Origin: an uncultured Actinomycetota bacterium
GTDB lineage: Bacteria > Actinomycetota > Actinomycetes > Propionibacteriales > Nocardioidaceae
DNA: 64,000 nt
Reading direction: 5' to 3'
Assembly: GCA_963794435.1 (NCBI GenBank)
Contig: CAWCDX010000007.1
Coordinates: 86,447-150,446, forward strand
The notes below the pieces were generated by a model. That model was not told where the DNA came from. It saw only the letters and a program-made list of their open reading frames with translations, and ran no database searches. Positions 47,250 to 57,932 of this stretch are shown piece after piece. Numbering within the stretch: position 1 is the stretch's first letter; each line of letters opens with the position of its first letter. A program made the translations under genes and the position numbers.

Positions 47250-48425
47250 ATGGTCGAGGTGGGGACATCCTCCCAGAACTCGCCGAAGCGGTGGTGGACC
47301 CGGGAGGTCGCGCGCCAGCGGGCGTTGGTCGCACGCCTCCGGACGCTCTTCTACCGCGTCCTCGACACGGTCCCCCCGGCGCGCAGGAGCGTCGACGACC
47401 TGGTGCGGATCGAGGTCGTCGACCGCTCCATGGCGATCGGTGCGCAGGCGCTGCTGGCCCTCGTCCCGATGGCCATCGTGCTTGCTGCCTTCCTCCCGCA
47501 GGCCCTGACCCACGCGGGGATGGATCGGATCGAGGCCGTCACCGGGCTGGGTTCGGTGGCCGACGAGATCGCGAAGGGTGCCTCGGGTACCGGGTTGACC
47601 TCGACGCCGAATGCCGAACAGGTCCGCACCACCACGGGGTACGTCGGGCTGCTGATCACGCTGCTCTCGGCGAGCAGCTTCGGGCGGGCGGTGCAGCGGC
47701 TCTACGAGAAGGTCTGGGACCAGCCCCACGTCGGTGGGTTCGCCGGCATGCGCCGGTCTCTCGCCTGGTTGTTCCTCTGGCTCGTGGCGATGCAGGGGGT
47801 CGCGCTCGTCGGACTCCTCTCCACCGTGGTGGATCGACCGGCGCTCGATCCCGTCTTCTGGGTGGTCCGGGCGGTGCTCACCGGAGCGGTCTGGTGGTGG
47901 TCGATGCGGTTCCTGCTCATCCAGCGGGTGGCGTGGTCGCGCCTGGCCTTCCCGGCCTTCCTCACCGGGACCGTGCTGGCGATCTACACCACGGGATCCG
48001 GCCTGGTGATGCCGACCTACGTCAAGGCCGAAGCCCATCAGTTCGGCACCCTGGGGGTGGTCCTCGCGGTGGCGACCTGGCTGGTCGGGTTCGCGGGTTG
48101 CCTGATCGTCTGCACGGTGCTCGGCCGGGTCGTGGCCGAGGATCCGATGGTGCTCCGTCTGCTCGCCCGACTAGGCCGGGTCCTCGACTCGTTTCGAGGC
48201 CGAGCGCAGGACCAGCGCGGCAACCACCGTCATGAACCCGTAGCAGAGCAGCCAGGCGCAGGTGATGATCACCAGGAGGTGCAGGGAGCGCTCCGGGCTG
48301 ACCACGAGGAAGCCTCCGGCGAACACGCTCACCACGCCGCCGACCACGTCCCAGACGCGCCGCTCCGACCGGTCGTCGACGAGCGCCTCGGCGAGCTCGG
48401 CGAAGCCCAGCAGGATCAGCAGTGA
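47250..48425 (+). CDS. YihY/BrkB (virulence factor)-like membrane protein; C-terminus overlaps the convergent gene
   Basis: 'DRSMAIGAQ.LL..VP', 'AVQRLYE.VW', 'FGTLG' and TM pattern. Confidence 0.75.
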   Translation: MVEVGTSSQNSPKRWWTREVARQRALVARLRTLFYRVLDTVPPARRSVDDLVRIEVVDRSMAIGAQALLALVPMAIVLAAFLPQALTHAGMDRIEAVTGLGSVADEIAKGASGTGLTSTPNAEQVRTTTGYVGLLITLLSASSFGRAVQRLYEKVWDQPHVGGFAGMRRSLAWLFLWLVAMQGVALVGLLSTVVDRPALDPVFWVVRAVLTGAVWWWSMRFLLIQRVAWSRLAFPAFLTGTVLAIYTTGSGLVMPTYVKAEAHQFGTLGVVLAVATWLVGFAGCLIVCTVLGRVVAEDPMVLRLLARLGRVLDSFRGRAQDQRGNHRHEPVAEQPGAGDDHQEVQGALRADHEEASGEHAHHAADHVPDAPLRPVVDERLGELGEAQQDQQ

Positions 48426-48785
48426 CCCCGCCACGACCACGAGGAACCCGACCGTCTGCAGCGGGTGCGCGAAGAACAGCACCGCGACGACGATCGCGAT
48501 CAGGCCCGCGAGGCCGCTGAGGACCCGTACGGCGCCGTGCAACCCGCTCGGAGCCAGCGCCAGGAACAACCGGATGCTCCCGGTGATGACGAGCTGGATG
48601 GCCCAGAGCACCGCGACGACCGTGACCGTCTCACGCGGCCAGAAGGCGAGCGCAAGACCGATCAGGAAGGTGACGACGCCGTAGGCGAGCACCAGGCCCC
48701 AGTGCTCGCGGAGTCGCTGCTGCACCGAGACCTGGACGAGCTCCAGCTCGGGGTCGGGCTGGTGCTCGTGGGACTCTCCGGTCAT
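48171..48785 (-). CDS. HdeD/DUF308 family membrane protein
   Basis: Two DUF308-like repeats 'G....G......P..T'. Confidence 0.8.
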   Translation of the reverse strand: MTGESHEHQPDPELELVQVSVQQRLREHWGLVLAYGVVTFLIGLALAFWPRETVTVVAVLWAIQLVITGSIRLFLALAPSGLHGAVRVLSGLAGLIAIVVAVLFFAHPLQTVGFLVVVAGSLLILLGFAELAEALVDDRSERRVWDVVGGVVSVFAGGFLVVSPERSLHLLVIITCAWLLCYGFMTVVAALVLRSASKRVEDPA

Positions 48786-48794
48786 CGAGCCCCC

Positions 48795-51497
48795 TCAGAT
48801 GAGGTGCAGGTTCCTGGCCACGGCGAGTGCCTCGCTGCGACGACGCACCGCGAGCTTTCCGTAGAGGCTGGAGACGTGCGTCTTCACGGTGTTCTCCGAG
48901 ACGAACAGCGCTGCCGCGATGTCGGCGTAGGTGGCGCCCCGCGCGAGCTCGTTGAGCACCTCGCGTTCGCGGGCGCTCAGCGACGGCCTGACCAGGTGAT
49001 CGGCCGCCAGTGCACGTTCGCGCGGGGCAGCGGTGACCGCGGCCAGCGCCGTCACGATGTCGGGGTTTTCCGTGGCCACCTCGGCCAGCTCGCGCACCCA
49101 CGCGGTCGGGGCCCGCTCGAGCAGGCGGCCCAGCAGGATCTGGATGGGTGTGCCCTGACGGCTCCAGCCCAGGAACGGCGCGGCGTTGCGTCGTACGTCG
49201 GTCGCGGTGGTGGCCTCGCGGAGGAGCTCCAGCGCTCGCTCGCCGTCTCCCAGGACGTCGAGGATCTGGGCGCGCGCGGCCAGGGCGAAGGCGCGGGTGG
49301 CCGGCTGGGCGTAGGTGGCCTCCTCGAGGGCCGTCGCGTACGCCTCCGACGCGGGTTTGCGCTCACCGGCGAGCTCGTGGCGCAGGCCCAGGAGCAGCGC
49401 GGCCTCGCCGGTGGCCCCGAGCGCGGTGAGCTCGGCCTCCAGCGGCGGCAGGGCGTGCTCGTCGTCGGCGAGATAGGCCAGGAAGCCGTGCTCCACGAGC
49501 AGGACGACCTGCAGGTGGACCGAGAGCGCCGAGGCGGACTGCAGCTGGAGCACCCGCTGGGCGTCGATCACCGAACCCGAGACCAGCGCCTCGCGGGCGA
49601 CCCGGATGCGGTGCCAGAAGGCTGCCACCGAGTCGGCGGCGTTCGCCGAGTCCCAGAGGGAATCGGGTGAGTCGGCGTCGTCGCTGGCGGGTCGACGCGT
49701 GGCGACTCCGCTACCCGTGAAGCAGCGCGTGGCGGTGGCGTCGTTGAGACGAGCCAGGTCGGCGGCCAGGCGGGCGCGTGCCTCGATGAACACCGGCTTC
49801 CACGCGGTCTCGCCGGAGAGCAGCCGGAGCGCCTCGGCCGCCACCTCGCCGCTGGCGCGCTCCCGGCCCTGCATGTGCAGGGTCAGGGCCAGGTGGGAGC
49901 AGGCGGCCGCCTGGAGCGTGCTGAGTCCGCGCGTCTGGCACAGGGTCACTGCCGCGGTGAGGTTCGCCTCGGCGTCGGCCAGGTCGCCGCTCCAGGTCTC
50001 CGCGACGCCGAGCTCGGCGAAGAGGAGTGGGAGCAGGGGTTGCGGCGTGGTGCGTCCCGGGTGCCGGCGTACCACCTCACGGGCGTGGCGGACGGCCTCT
50101 GCGAGCGGCTCCGAACCCATCCGGCCGCGCATCAGCCGGACGCAGGCATGCCGCACGGAGTGGTCGATCTCCGACCCCACGGCCTCGCGGTTCTCGATCA
50201 CGTGGTCCAGCCAGTGACTGGCGCCGAAGGTGTCGTTGTGCAGCCACCGCTCCAGGGCCAGCACGAACCAGGTGTCGGGATGGGCATCGACGGCGTCGGC
50301 GTGGTTCCGGGCGAAGATGGTGATCCCGTCGCCGTGTCCCCCGATGATCATCGTGGGCCCGTACTGACCGAGGACCATCGCCGCCTCGTCGAACTGCTGG
50401 GTGGCCACGAGGCGACCGAAGGCCATCTCCGGGTGTCCGGACCCGATGTCGAGGCGCACGGCGCGGCGCACGGTCCCCTGCGCGCGGGCCACGTCGACCC
50501 CACCTGCCCGCAAGCGTCGTCGCACCACCTCCACGAGCAGCGGGTGGATGCGGTACCAGGGCGTCGCGTCGAGGTCGGGGTCGTGCCCGTCCATGGGTGG
50601 CCGCCAGCCCTGGGGGAGCCGCGAGACGAGCAGCCCGGTGAACTCCAGCCCGGCGAGGATCTCGGCTGCCTCGGCGTCGTGGGACAGGTGCACGGCCGTG
50701 TCGGTCGTCACCCGCTCCTCGGTGGCGATGCTCAGCAGCAGGTGTCGTTCGCGAGGCTGCAGTGCTGCGAAGACGTCGTTGCCGAGCCGGGCCGCGATGC
50801 TGGCGTCCCCGGTGGCGAAGCGGTGTGCGGTCGCGGCAGGGTCGGAGGCCGTGGCGACCGCGCGCGCCGTCAGGACGAGGGCGGCGGGCCAACCCTGGGC
50901 GTGGCGGGTCACGGCCTCGAGCACCTCGGGCTGGGCGGTGCGGGCATGCTCGGTGATCAGGGCGTGAGCCTCGGCCTCGTCCATGCGCAGGGCTTCTCCA
51001 CGAATGACCGCGAAGTGCCCGAGCAGCTCGGGCATCAGCCTGGTGAAGGGCAGGTCGTAGCGGGCGAGCAGCAGCAGCTGGAGGTGCTCGGGCTCGGCCG
51101 AGAGTCGTTGGTCGATCATGCGCAGCGTCGAGGCCGGCAGCAGGTGGGCGTCGTCCACCACGATCAGCGTGCGTGCGGACACGTCTGCACCGTCGTGGGG
51201 GACGTCGGCCTCGTCGAGGAGCTCGGCCATCCGCTCCCGCGTCCACGAGCGGTCGCCACTGATCCAGCGGGTCTGTCCTGCCCGGTCCGAGGAGCGCACC
51301 CAGCCGCTGACGCCGAGGGTCTTGCCCGCACCCACCGGTGCGACGAGCACCCGCACGGCCGCCTCGGCCGTGTCGTCGAGCTGGGCCCACAGACGTGCAC
51401 GTGGTACGTAGACCCGGGGGAGCCGCGGCGGCTGGACCGCAGCCACCAGGGCCGGCGAACCCGACGAGGGCGTGGAACCGCCTTGTGTCGCCACCAC
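48795..51497 (-). CDS. MalT-like large ATP-binding LuxR family regulator
   Basis: Walker A APVGAGKT, VDDAH, 'QGWPAAL', 'YRIHPLL', C-terminal LuxR HTH 'LSAREREVL..TVKTHV..LY.KL'; GGAGG before GTG 51497. Confidence 0.9.
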   Translation of the reverse strand: MVATQGGSTPSSGSPALVAAVQPPRLPRVYVPRARLWAQLDDTAEAAVRVLVAPVGAGKTLGVSGWVRSSDRAGQTRWISGDRSWTRERMAELLDEADVPHDGADVSARTLIVVDDAHLLPASTLRMIDQRLSAEPEHLQLLLLARYDLPFTRLMPELLGHFAVIRGEALRMDEAEAHALITEHARTAQPEVLEAVTRHAQGWPAALVLTARAVATASDPAATAHRFATGDASIAARLGNDVFAALQPRERHLLLSIATEERVTTDTAVHLSHDAEAAEILAGLEFTGLLVSRLPQGWRPPMDGHDPDLDATPWYRIHPLLVEVVRRRLRAGGVDVARAQGTVRRAVRLDIGSGHPEMAFGRLVATQQFDEAAMVLGQYGPTMIIGGHGDGITIFARNHADAVDAHPDTWFVLALERWLHNDTFGASHWLDHVIENREAVGSEIDHSVRHACVRLMRGRMGSEPLAEAVRHAREVVRRHPGRTTPQPLLPLLFAELGVAETWSGDLADAEANLTAAVTLCQTRGLSTLQAAACSHLALTLHMQGRERASGEVAAEALRLLSGETAWKPVFIEARARLAADLARLNDATATRCFTGSGVATRRPASDDADSPDSLWDSANAADSVAAFWHRIRVAREALVSGSVIDAQRVLQLQSASALSVHLQVVLLVEHGFLAYLADDEHALPPLEAELTALGATGEAALLLGLRHELAGERKPASEAYATALEEATYAQPATRAFALAARAQILDVLGDGERALELLREATTATDVRRNAAPFLGWSRQGTPIQILLGRLLERAPTAWVRELAEVATENPDIVTALAAVTAAPRERALAADHLVRPSLSAREREVLNELARGATYADIAAALFVSENTVKTHVSSLYGKLAVRRRSEALAVARNLHLI

Positions 51498-51642
51498 GTC
51501 CCGTCCCTCCACAGGTGCCGCCGGCTGTGCCTGCTCGGTGTCAGGACCGCACAGCACCGGAAGACCGATCTCTTCTCGATCTATTGAGAGGATAGGGCTC
51601 GAAATCCGCCGGACGCCAGACCGGCGGGTCCCGCCGCGCCGG

Positions 51643-52056
51643 TCAGGTGTTGGCCAGCTCGGTGCTCAGGGCCCAGATGACGAAGATGTCGAAGCCCAGG
51701 ATGACCAGTGACCACACCGGGTAGTAGGGCAGGAACGCGAAGCTGCTCAGGGCGCTGAGGAACGCGATCACCAGCCCCAGGATGTTGGCCCACACCTGGT
51801 TCATCAGCAGCCCGATACCGGTGATCACGGCGATCACCCCGAGGATCAGGTGGATCCATCCCCAGGTGGTCAGGTCGAACTCGAAGACGTACTTTGCGCC
51901 GTGCACGAAGACGCTGTCCTTCGCGAGGGCGGCGATGGCCTCCAGGATCTGGAAGACGCCCAGTGTCGCGAGCATGATGCCCGCGAAGACGGCACCGCCT
52001 TCGGCCCAGGCGCGCTTGGCGCTGTCGGCGTACTCGGTGCGTGACGACGTGCTCAT
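51643..52056 (-). CDS. Small 4-TM membrane protein (DUF7144-like)
   Basis: 'FDLTTWGWIHLILG', 'FLPYYPVWSLVI...IWAL'. Confidence 0.8.
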   Translation of the reverse strand: MSTSSRTEYADSAKRAWAEGGAVFAGIMLATLGVFQILEAIAALAKDSVFVHGAKYVFEFDLTTWGWIHLILGVIAVITGIGLLMNQVWANILGLVIAFLSALSSFAFLPYYPVWSLVILGFDIFVIWALSTELANT

Positions 52057-52144
52057 GTGCCCTCCCACGTTCTCGGACGGGTTGGATGTGGGCGCTCGGG
52101 GAGAGCGCACGGCGAGAGGTTAGCGACGCGGAGCGCACGCGACG

Positions 52145-52161
52145 TCACCCGGAACAGGCGA
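52145..52161. promoter_or_regulatory. Putative LuxR(MalT-like) activator site
   Basis: TCACCC-GGAAC-AGGCGA; TAACCT on the minus strand (52117-52122), 22 nt away. Confidence 0.6.
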
Positions 52162-52167
52162 TCCGAG

Positions 52168-52668
52168 CTAGCCGTCGTCGTCCTCGGAGAAGACCTCGCG
52201 CAGGGCGGCCTCCTGCTCGCTCTCGAGGTTGGTGAACAACAGCTCCGAGGGCTCGTGCCCGGCGAAGGCCTCGTGCACCTTGTCCTGGACGGCCTCGGAG
52301 GTGAGCACGAACAACGCCGAGGTGCCGGGAGTGACCTGGTCGCGGATCTTGTTGATGAAGGTGTCGTCGATGCCGACGTCGGTCAGCGAGCCGGCCAGCG
52401 CCCCGGTCGCCGCGCCGATGGCCGCGCCGAGCAGCGGGACGAAGAAGATCAGGCCGAAGAGGAGGCCCCAGAACGACCCGCCCAGCGCCCCGGACCTGGC
52501 GGTGCTCGCGAGCTGGTGGGTCTTCGGCTTCTTCTTGCCGGCCTCCCACGAGACGGTCGCCGCGTCGTGCAGGACGATGAGGTTCTCGGTCGCGAGCTCC
52601 TCGAGCGTGCGGGTGGCCTGGTCCGCACCCTGCGGGGTGTCGAACTTCCAGACGGTCAGGGTGGCCAC
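52168..52668 (-). CDS. DUF1269 family protein
   Basis: 'GALGGSFWGLLFGLIFFVPLLGAAIGAATGAL.G.LTD.GIDD.F...PGTSALF'. Confidence 0.88.
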   Translation of the reverse strand: MATLTVWKFDTPQGADQATRTLEELATENLIVLHDAATVSWEAGKKKPKTHQLASTARSGALGGSFWGLLFGLIFFVPLLGAAIGAATGALAGSLTDVGIDDTFINKIRDQVTPGTSALFVLTSEAVQDKVHEAFAGHEPSELLFTNLESEQEAALREVFSEDDDG

Positions 52669-52704
52669 GGTGCTCCGTTCGGGAGGCCCTCTGAGTGCGC
52701 GCGC

Positions 52705-54484
52705 TCAGCGGTCGTCGGGGGAGCGACCAGCGGGATCGCTCTCAGCCTCTGGTGGGTCGGGGTCGGCGTCCTCACCCGTTTCCCGTGAATGGTCCGCGAT
52801 GGCTTCGTCGATGTCGGCGTACAGGGGCGGCTCGCCACCGGCGGCCGCCTGGGCGAGCACGTCGCGCACCTGCCCCACGTCGCCGGCGAGGGCCAGATCG
52901 GTGCCGAAGCGCCGCAGGTCGGTCTGCAGCTGGACGAGCATGCTGGCCGCCGTGACGTCGACCGACGGGGTGGCGCGCCCGTCCAGCACGACCAGCGGGA
53001 CGGCGTGCTCCGAGCCGGCGAGGTTGCTCACGTGCCCGCGGACCTGGTCGCGCACGTAGTCGGCGTTGCCGAAGAACAGCGGCGCCTCGACCCGGACGAC
53101 GAGGACGTCGGTCGGGAGCGCCGTACCCGGGTGTCGCGCGGAGTCCACCCAGACGGGACGTCCGTGCGTCTCCACCTGGACCAGGACGGCCACGCGTGGC
53201 CTGGACGTCCTGGCGATGAGCAGCACCAGTGAGATCACGATCCCGAGGACCAGGCCCGGAAGGGTGTCGAAGACGAGCACGCCGAGCAGGGCGGCCACGG
53301 CGGCGACGAAGTCCGCACGGCTGGTCAGGCGGTAGAGGCGAGCCAGTCGCCCGGAGCGGACCCGCCACAGGCGTCGTAGGGACTCGACGTCGACGAGCTC
53401 GACGACCGCGGAGATGACGATGGCCGCGAGCGTGGCCTGCGGGAGCTTCTCGAACAGGCCGGTGAGGAAGAGCAGCGTGAGGATCGTCAGCGAGGCAGCG
53501 GTCAGGGCGGAGAGCTCCGAGCGGGCCCCGGCGGACCCGTTCACGGCGGTCTTCGACAAGCTGCCGTTGACCACCATCCCGCTGGAAAGCCCGGCTCCCA
53601 GGTTGGCGGCCCCGAGCCCCATCAGCTCCCGGTTGGCGTCGATGTCGTAGCCCTCCCGCGCGGCGTAGGTCTTCGCGGCGCCGAGACCCTCGGCGAAGCC
53701 CACCAGCATCACCCCGACACACGCCCCTGCGAGATCACGCCAGTTGTCGCGCGTGACGTCGGGAACGCCGAGATGCGGGAGGCCCGAGTCGATGTGGCCG
53801 ACCACCTCGAGACCGTGGCCCTCCAGGTCGAGCAACCACACCAGGGCGATGCTGCCCAGCGCGACCACCAACGTCCCGGGCAGCATCGGCACGAAGCGCT
53901 TGAGGACCATCAGCAGGGCGAGACTGCCCAGCCCGACGATGGCCGTGAGCGGGTCGAGGTCACCGAGGTGGGACAGAACGCTGCCGAGCTTCTCGAAGAA
54001 GTTGCCGCTCGCCCTTGGGGATGCCGAGCAGGTCGGGCACCTGTCCGATCATGATCGTGAGCGCCAGACCGATGATGAAGCCCTTCAACACCGGCTCGGA
54101 GATGAACGTGGCCAGGAAGCCGAGGCGCAGCAGCCCGGCGAGCAGGGCCACCACACCCGTCGCCACGGCGAGGGCCGCGGTGAGCGCCAGGGTCGTGGCC
54201 ACGTCGCGATGTCCCGGCGCGACGGCTGCGATGGTGCTGGCAGACAGGGCCGCAGTGGCCGACATCGGGGCAACGACCAGGTGGCGCGAGGAGCCCACGA
54301 CGGCGTAGAGGGCCAGCGCCGGTACGGCGGCGTACAGGCCGACGACGGGGGAGACTCCGGCGATGGTGGCGTAGGCGAGGGACTCCGGGACCAGCACCGC
54401 CCACACCGTCAGGCCCGCCACCATGTCGGGGCGCACCCAGGCCCGCTGGAACCCTGCGAAGGAGGGGGCCACCACGCGCGTCAC
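52705..54484 (-). CDS. SulP family anion transporter with STAS domain (apparent frameshift near 54010)
   Basis: 'DMVAGLTVWAVLVPESLAYATIAG', 'NRELMGLGAAN', 'GSLSKTAVN', STAS 'PLFFGNA..LDG...VDVT'; the two halves are in different frames. Confidence 0.88.
52772..52788. promoter_or_regulatory. Putative LuxR(MalT-like) activator site embedded in the sulP 3' end
   Basis: TCACCC-GTTTC-CCGTGA; GAGGCT on the minus strand (52744-52749), 22 nt away, toward the DUF1269 gene. Confidence 0.5.
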
Positions 54485-55044
54485 CGTCGCCTCGCGTCGC
54501 CCCTGCGCTGCACCTGGTGGCCCAGCAGGGTGAGGACGATCCAGGCGATGGCGAAGACCACCGATCCTCCCGTCGAGTGCGGCCGCCACATCACCGTGGT
54601 GGTGTCGCTGCCCAGTCGGCCCACGCCCGACAACACCAGGGCGGCTCCTGCCGCCGCCGTGGCCCAGACCAGGAACCGGTGCTCGAACCGGTCGGCGAGG
54701 AAGCCGACGGTGACCGCCACCGCCGGGACGAACACGATCGCGAGCACCCAGTCGTGCCCCCGGGCGTCACCCTCGAGGAGCACGAAGAGCTTGGCACCGA
54801 GGACCGCGCCGACCAGCAGACCGGCCACGAACAGCACGAACTTCGAGAACAGCAGGGTCAGGACCCACGCGCCGATCGCGCCCACCACCGCGATCACCAG
54901 GGTCGTGGCGGTGGAGGCGCCGAAGACGTCGGCGAGGATCCAGGTCGCACCGAACCCGGCGACGAGCACCGCCAGTCGCACCGACCTCGCACCGAAGAAG
55001 CACAGGATCGCGCCGACGAGGGCGAGCACCACCGCTGACCCCAT
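54481..55044 (-). CDS. DUF4203-like membrane protein
   Basis: 'GAILCFFG.R', 6-7 TM, RBS AAGGAGA; GTGA overlap with sulP. Confidence 0.75.
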   Translation of the reverse strand: MGSAVVLALVGAILCFFGARSVRLAVLVAGFGATWILADVFGASTATTLVIAVVGAIGAWVLTLLFSKFVLFVAGLLVGAVLGAKLFVLLEGDARGHDWVLAIVFVPAVAVTVGFLADRFEHRFLVWATAAAGAALVLSGVGRLGSDTTTVMWRPHSTGGSVVFAIAWIVLTLLGHQVQRRGDARRR

Positions 55045-55097
55045 GACATCTCCTTGTCGCTGCGGGCCCAGCCTGACGGGACGTCGACGCACCGTCC

Positions 55098-55114
55098 TCG
55101 CCCGTTTCTGGTGA
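55098..55114. promoter_or_regulatory. Putative LuxR(MalT-like) activator site, bidirectional
   Basis: TCGCCC-GTTTC-TGGTGA; TACGGT (+, 55138-55143) 23 nt away and CAGGCT (-, 55070-55075) 22 nt away. Confidence 0.6.
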
Positions 55115-55187
55115 GGCGGCGGACGACGGTCGCTGCCTACGGTCACTCCGTGGAGGGCCGGTCCTCTTCACAGGTCGAGGGGAACGC

Positions 55188-55859
55188 ATGGGTTCCGTCA
55201 TCGGAGACATTCTGCCGACAGCGTTGGGCGTTGCGATCTCCCCTGTGCCGATCATCGCGGTGATCCTGATCCTCCTGGCTCCTGGTGCCAGGGCCGCCAG
55301 TGTCGCGTTCCTGGTCGGGTGGGTCGCCGGGATCGCGGTGCTCGTGACTGTCGTCGCCCTGGTCGTCGACCCGGCCAGTAACTCGACCGCCGACAACCCG
55401 TCGACGCTGTCGGGCGTGCTGCTGATCGTCCTGGGCGCCGCGGCGGTGCTGCTCGGCGTACGGCAGTGGCGCCAACGGCCCAAACCGGGTGAGGCGCCGG
55501 TGCTGCCTTCGTGGATGGCCGCGGTCGACACCATCACCGCGACCAAGGCGCTCGGGCTCGGTGTCCTGCTCTCGGCGGTGAACCCGAAGAACCTGACGCT
55601 GTGCCTGGCCGGAGGGGTGGCCATCGGTTCCGGTGGTCTTTCAGGTGGCCAGAGCGCCGTGGCGATCACCGTGTTCGTGGTGATCGCCTCGAGCTCGATC
55701 GTCGTGCCGGTGATCGGCTACGTGACGGCCGAATCGCGGATGCGGGAGCCGCTCCAGGAGCTCCGGGCATGGCTGACCGAGCACAACGCGGCGGTGATGA
55801 CGGTCCTGCTGGGGGTCATCGGCGTCGTGATCATCGGCAAGGGCCTGGCAAGGCTGTGA
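55188..55859 (+). CDS. GAP/Sap family membrane protein
   Basis: 'ALGVAISPVPIIAVILIL', 'NPKNL', 'WL..HNA.VM.VL'. Confidence 0.85.
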   Translation: MGSVIGDILPTALGVAISPVPIIAVILILLAPGARAASVAFLVGWVAGIAVLVTVVALVVDPASNSTADNPSTLSGVLLIVLGAAAVLLGVRQWRQRPKPGEAPVLPSWMAAVDTITATKALGLGVLLSAVNPKNLTLCLAGGVAIGSGGLSGGQSAVAITVFVVIASSSIVVPVIGYVTAESRMREPLQELRAWLTEHNAAVMTVLLGVIGVVIIGKGLARL

Positions 55860-55869
55860 AGGGGTGCTG

Positions 55870-56073
55870 ATGACCAGGATGCTGATCCGTGTCGAGGGAG
55901 ACCTGTCTGCGGACGTGACGGAGGTGTTCCCGCAGCTGACGTCGCGGGCCTTGCCGCGCCAGTCGACGCTCACCGGCAACCTGGTCGACCAGGAGGAGCT
56001 GCAGGGCGTGCTGCACTACCTGCACACGCTCGGGATCACGGTGCTGGAGATCGTCACGATCCCGGAGGACTGA
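55870..56073 (+). CDS. Small conserved actinobacterial protein (possible ACT-like fold)
   Basis: 'IRVEG.LS......F......STLTG...DQ..LQGVL..L..LG..VLE'. Confidence 0.75.
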   Translation: MTRMLIRVEGDLSADVTEVFPQLTSRALPRQSTLTGNLVDQEELQGVLHYLHTLGITVLEIVTIPED

Positions 56074-57094
56074 CCTCGGTCTCCACGTCCCTCCAGGAGC
56101 CGCCGGTGTGCCTGTCGTGCAGGTGCCAGCCCGCCCAGGCCAGGGCACCGAGAGGGATCGGCAGCCAGAACTGGAAGGTCCGGTAGAGCAGGACGGCCAG
56201 GACTGCAGCATCGGCGCTGACGCCGGCGAGCACCAGGATCGAGGTCAGCCCGGCCTCGACGAAGCCCAGACCCCCGGGTGTGACCGGCACCAGCGCCAGC
56301 GCCAGGGACAGCACGTAGGCGAGCAGCACCATCGACGGGCGAGCCTGGCCGCCGACCGCGTAGACCGAGGCGACCAGGGCGGCGTAGTCGAACATCCGGT
56401 TACCGGCAGCCGCACTCAACGCCCGGACCCAGTGCCCCTCGAAGGCCGCCGCGACGGCGTCGCGCTGCGCGATCACTCGCTCCCGGATGACGGTCGGCGG
56501 CACGCTTCGACGGACGAGGTGGACGACGTGACCGGCTGCGGCGGCGACGAGATGGATCAAGCGCGTGGAGCGAAGCAGCGCGAGACCGACGACGACCAGG
56601 ATCGCCGCCACGATCACCGAGACCACCAGCCCGAGCTGGAGCTGTCGTGCAGGCGGCGGATGGATGATCACGGCAGGAACGGTCAGCAGGGGCAGGGCCA
56701 GCAGCATCCCGGTCGTCAGCAGCCCGACGCTGCCGAGGGCTCCGGCAACGGTCCCGCCCGGCTGCCCGGCTCGCACGAGCATCTGCGCCTGGATGACCGA
56801 GCCGGTGGCGGAGCCTCCCGGAAGCACGCAGCTGGCGGCGTTGCCGGCGAGCTGGGAGCTGGCGATGGTCTGCCACCGCACGCGCGGCAGCACGATCGCA
56901 TCGAGGACCCACAGGGAGACCCAGCTGCTCGCCTCGAGCAGGCCCACGAGGAAGAACCAGCCCGGCCGGACGACGCGCAGGTCGGGCCACTGGCCGAGCA
57001 GCGTGATCAGGCCGGGTGCGACGACGTAGAGCCCGACGCCGGTGACCACGAGGGCGACGACTCGCCCACCCCACCGGCGCAGGGGACCGTTCAC
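56054..57094 (-). CDS. Lysylphosphatidylglycerol synthase TM / YbhN flippase-like protein
   Basis: '[14 protein letters not shown]', 'AVLLYR.FQFWLP'. Confidence 0.88.
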   Translation of the reverse strand: MNGPLRRWGGRVVALVVTGVGLYVVAPGLITLLGQWPDLRVVRPGWFFLVGLLEASSWVSLWVLDAIVLPRVRWQTIASSQLAGNAASCVLPGGSATGSVIQAQMLVRAGQPGGTVAGALGSVGLLTTGMLLALPLLTVPAVIIHPPPARQLQLGLVVSVIVAAILVVVGLALLRSTRLIHLVAAAAGHVVHLVRRSVPPTVIRERVIAQRDAVAAAFEGHWVRALSAAAGNRMFDYAALVASVYAVGGQARPSMVLLAYVLSLALALVPVTPGGLGFVEAGLTSILVLAGVSADAAVLAVLLYRTFQFWLPIPLGALAWAGWHLHDRHTGGSWRDVETEVSPPGS

Positions 57095-57849
57095 GCCTCG
57101 GTGGCCTCCTCGAGCGGGACCGGCTCCTCACCCCGGCCGAGCAGCCAGGTGTAGGCGAGGCCGGCGATCAGCCCGCCCACGAGCGGCGCCAACCAGAACA
57201 GCCACAGCTGCCCGAGAGCCTCGGAGCCGGCGAAGATGGCCGGGCCGGTGGATCGGGCGGGGTTCACCGAGGTGTTCGTGATCGGGATGCTGACCAGGTG
57301 GATCAGGGTCAGGGACAGGCCGATGGCGAGCGGCGCGAACCCCTTGGGTGCCCGGGTGTCGGTCGCACCGAGGATGACGAGCAGGAAGAACGCTGTGAGC
57401 AGCACCTCGGCGAGGGCGGCGGAGGCGAGGTTGTAGCCGCCGGGTGAGCGGTCGCCGTACCCGTTGCTCGCGAAGCCGCCGGCCTGGCCGGGAAAGGTCT
57501 TGGTGCCCGAGGCGATGGCCCACAGGGCCGCGGCCGCCACGATGGCCGCCAGCACCTGCGCGACCACGTAGAGCCACACCTCGCGCCAGGCGAACCGTCC
57601 CGAGGCGGCCAGCCCGACCGTGACGGCCGGGTTGAAGTGCCCGCCCGAGACGTGGCCGACGGCGTAGGCCATCGTCGTCACGCTGAGGCCGAACGCCAGG
57701 CCGACCCCGAGAAAGCCGATGCCGAGGGGATAGTGGCTGTCGTTGGTGAAGGAGGAGGCGATCACGGCGCTTCCACAGCCGGCGAAGACCAGCCAGAAGG
57801 TGCCGATGACCTCGGCCCCGAGCCGGTGTCGCATCGCGTAGGTCGGCAT
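57091..57849 (-). CDS. aqpZ: Aquaporin Z
   Basis: [10 protein letters not shown] and NTSVNPARS; 'FASNGYG..SPGGY'. Confidence 0.95.
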   Translation of the reverse strand: MPTYAMRHRLGAEVIGTFWLVFAGCGSAVIASSFTNDSHYPLGIGFLGVGLAFGLSVTTMAYAVGHVSGGHFNPAVTVGLAASGRFAWREVWLYVVAQVLAAIVAAAALWAIASGTKTFPGQAGGFASNGYGDRSPGGYNLASAALAEVLLTAFFLLVILGATDTRAPKGFAPLAIGLSLTLIHLVSIPITNTSVNPARSTGPAIFAGSEALGQLWLFWLAPLVGGLIAGLAYTWLLGRGEEPVPLEEATEA

Positions 57850-57932
57850 CGTGTCCGCCTCTCGCCCGGTCGACAGCGGGGCGGTGTGCCGCCGCTCCCA
57901 GCGAGGCTATGACTCCGCTCGGGCCCGACCGC

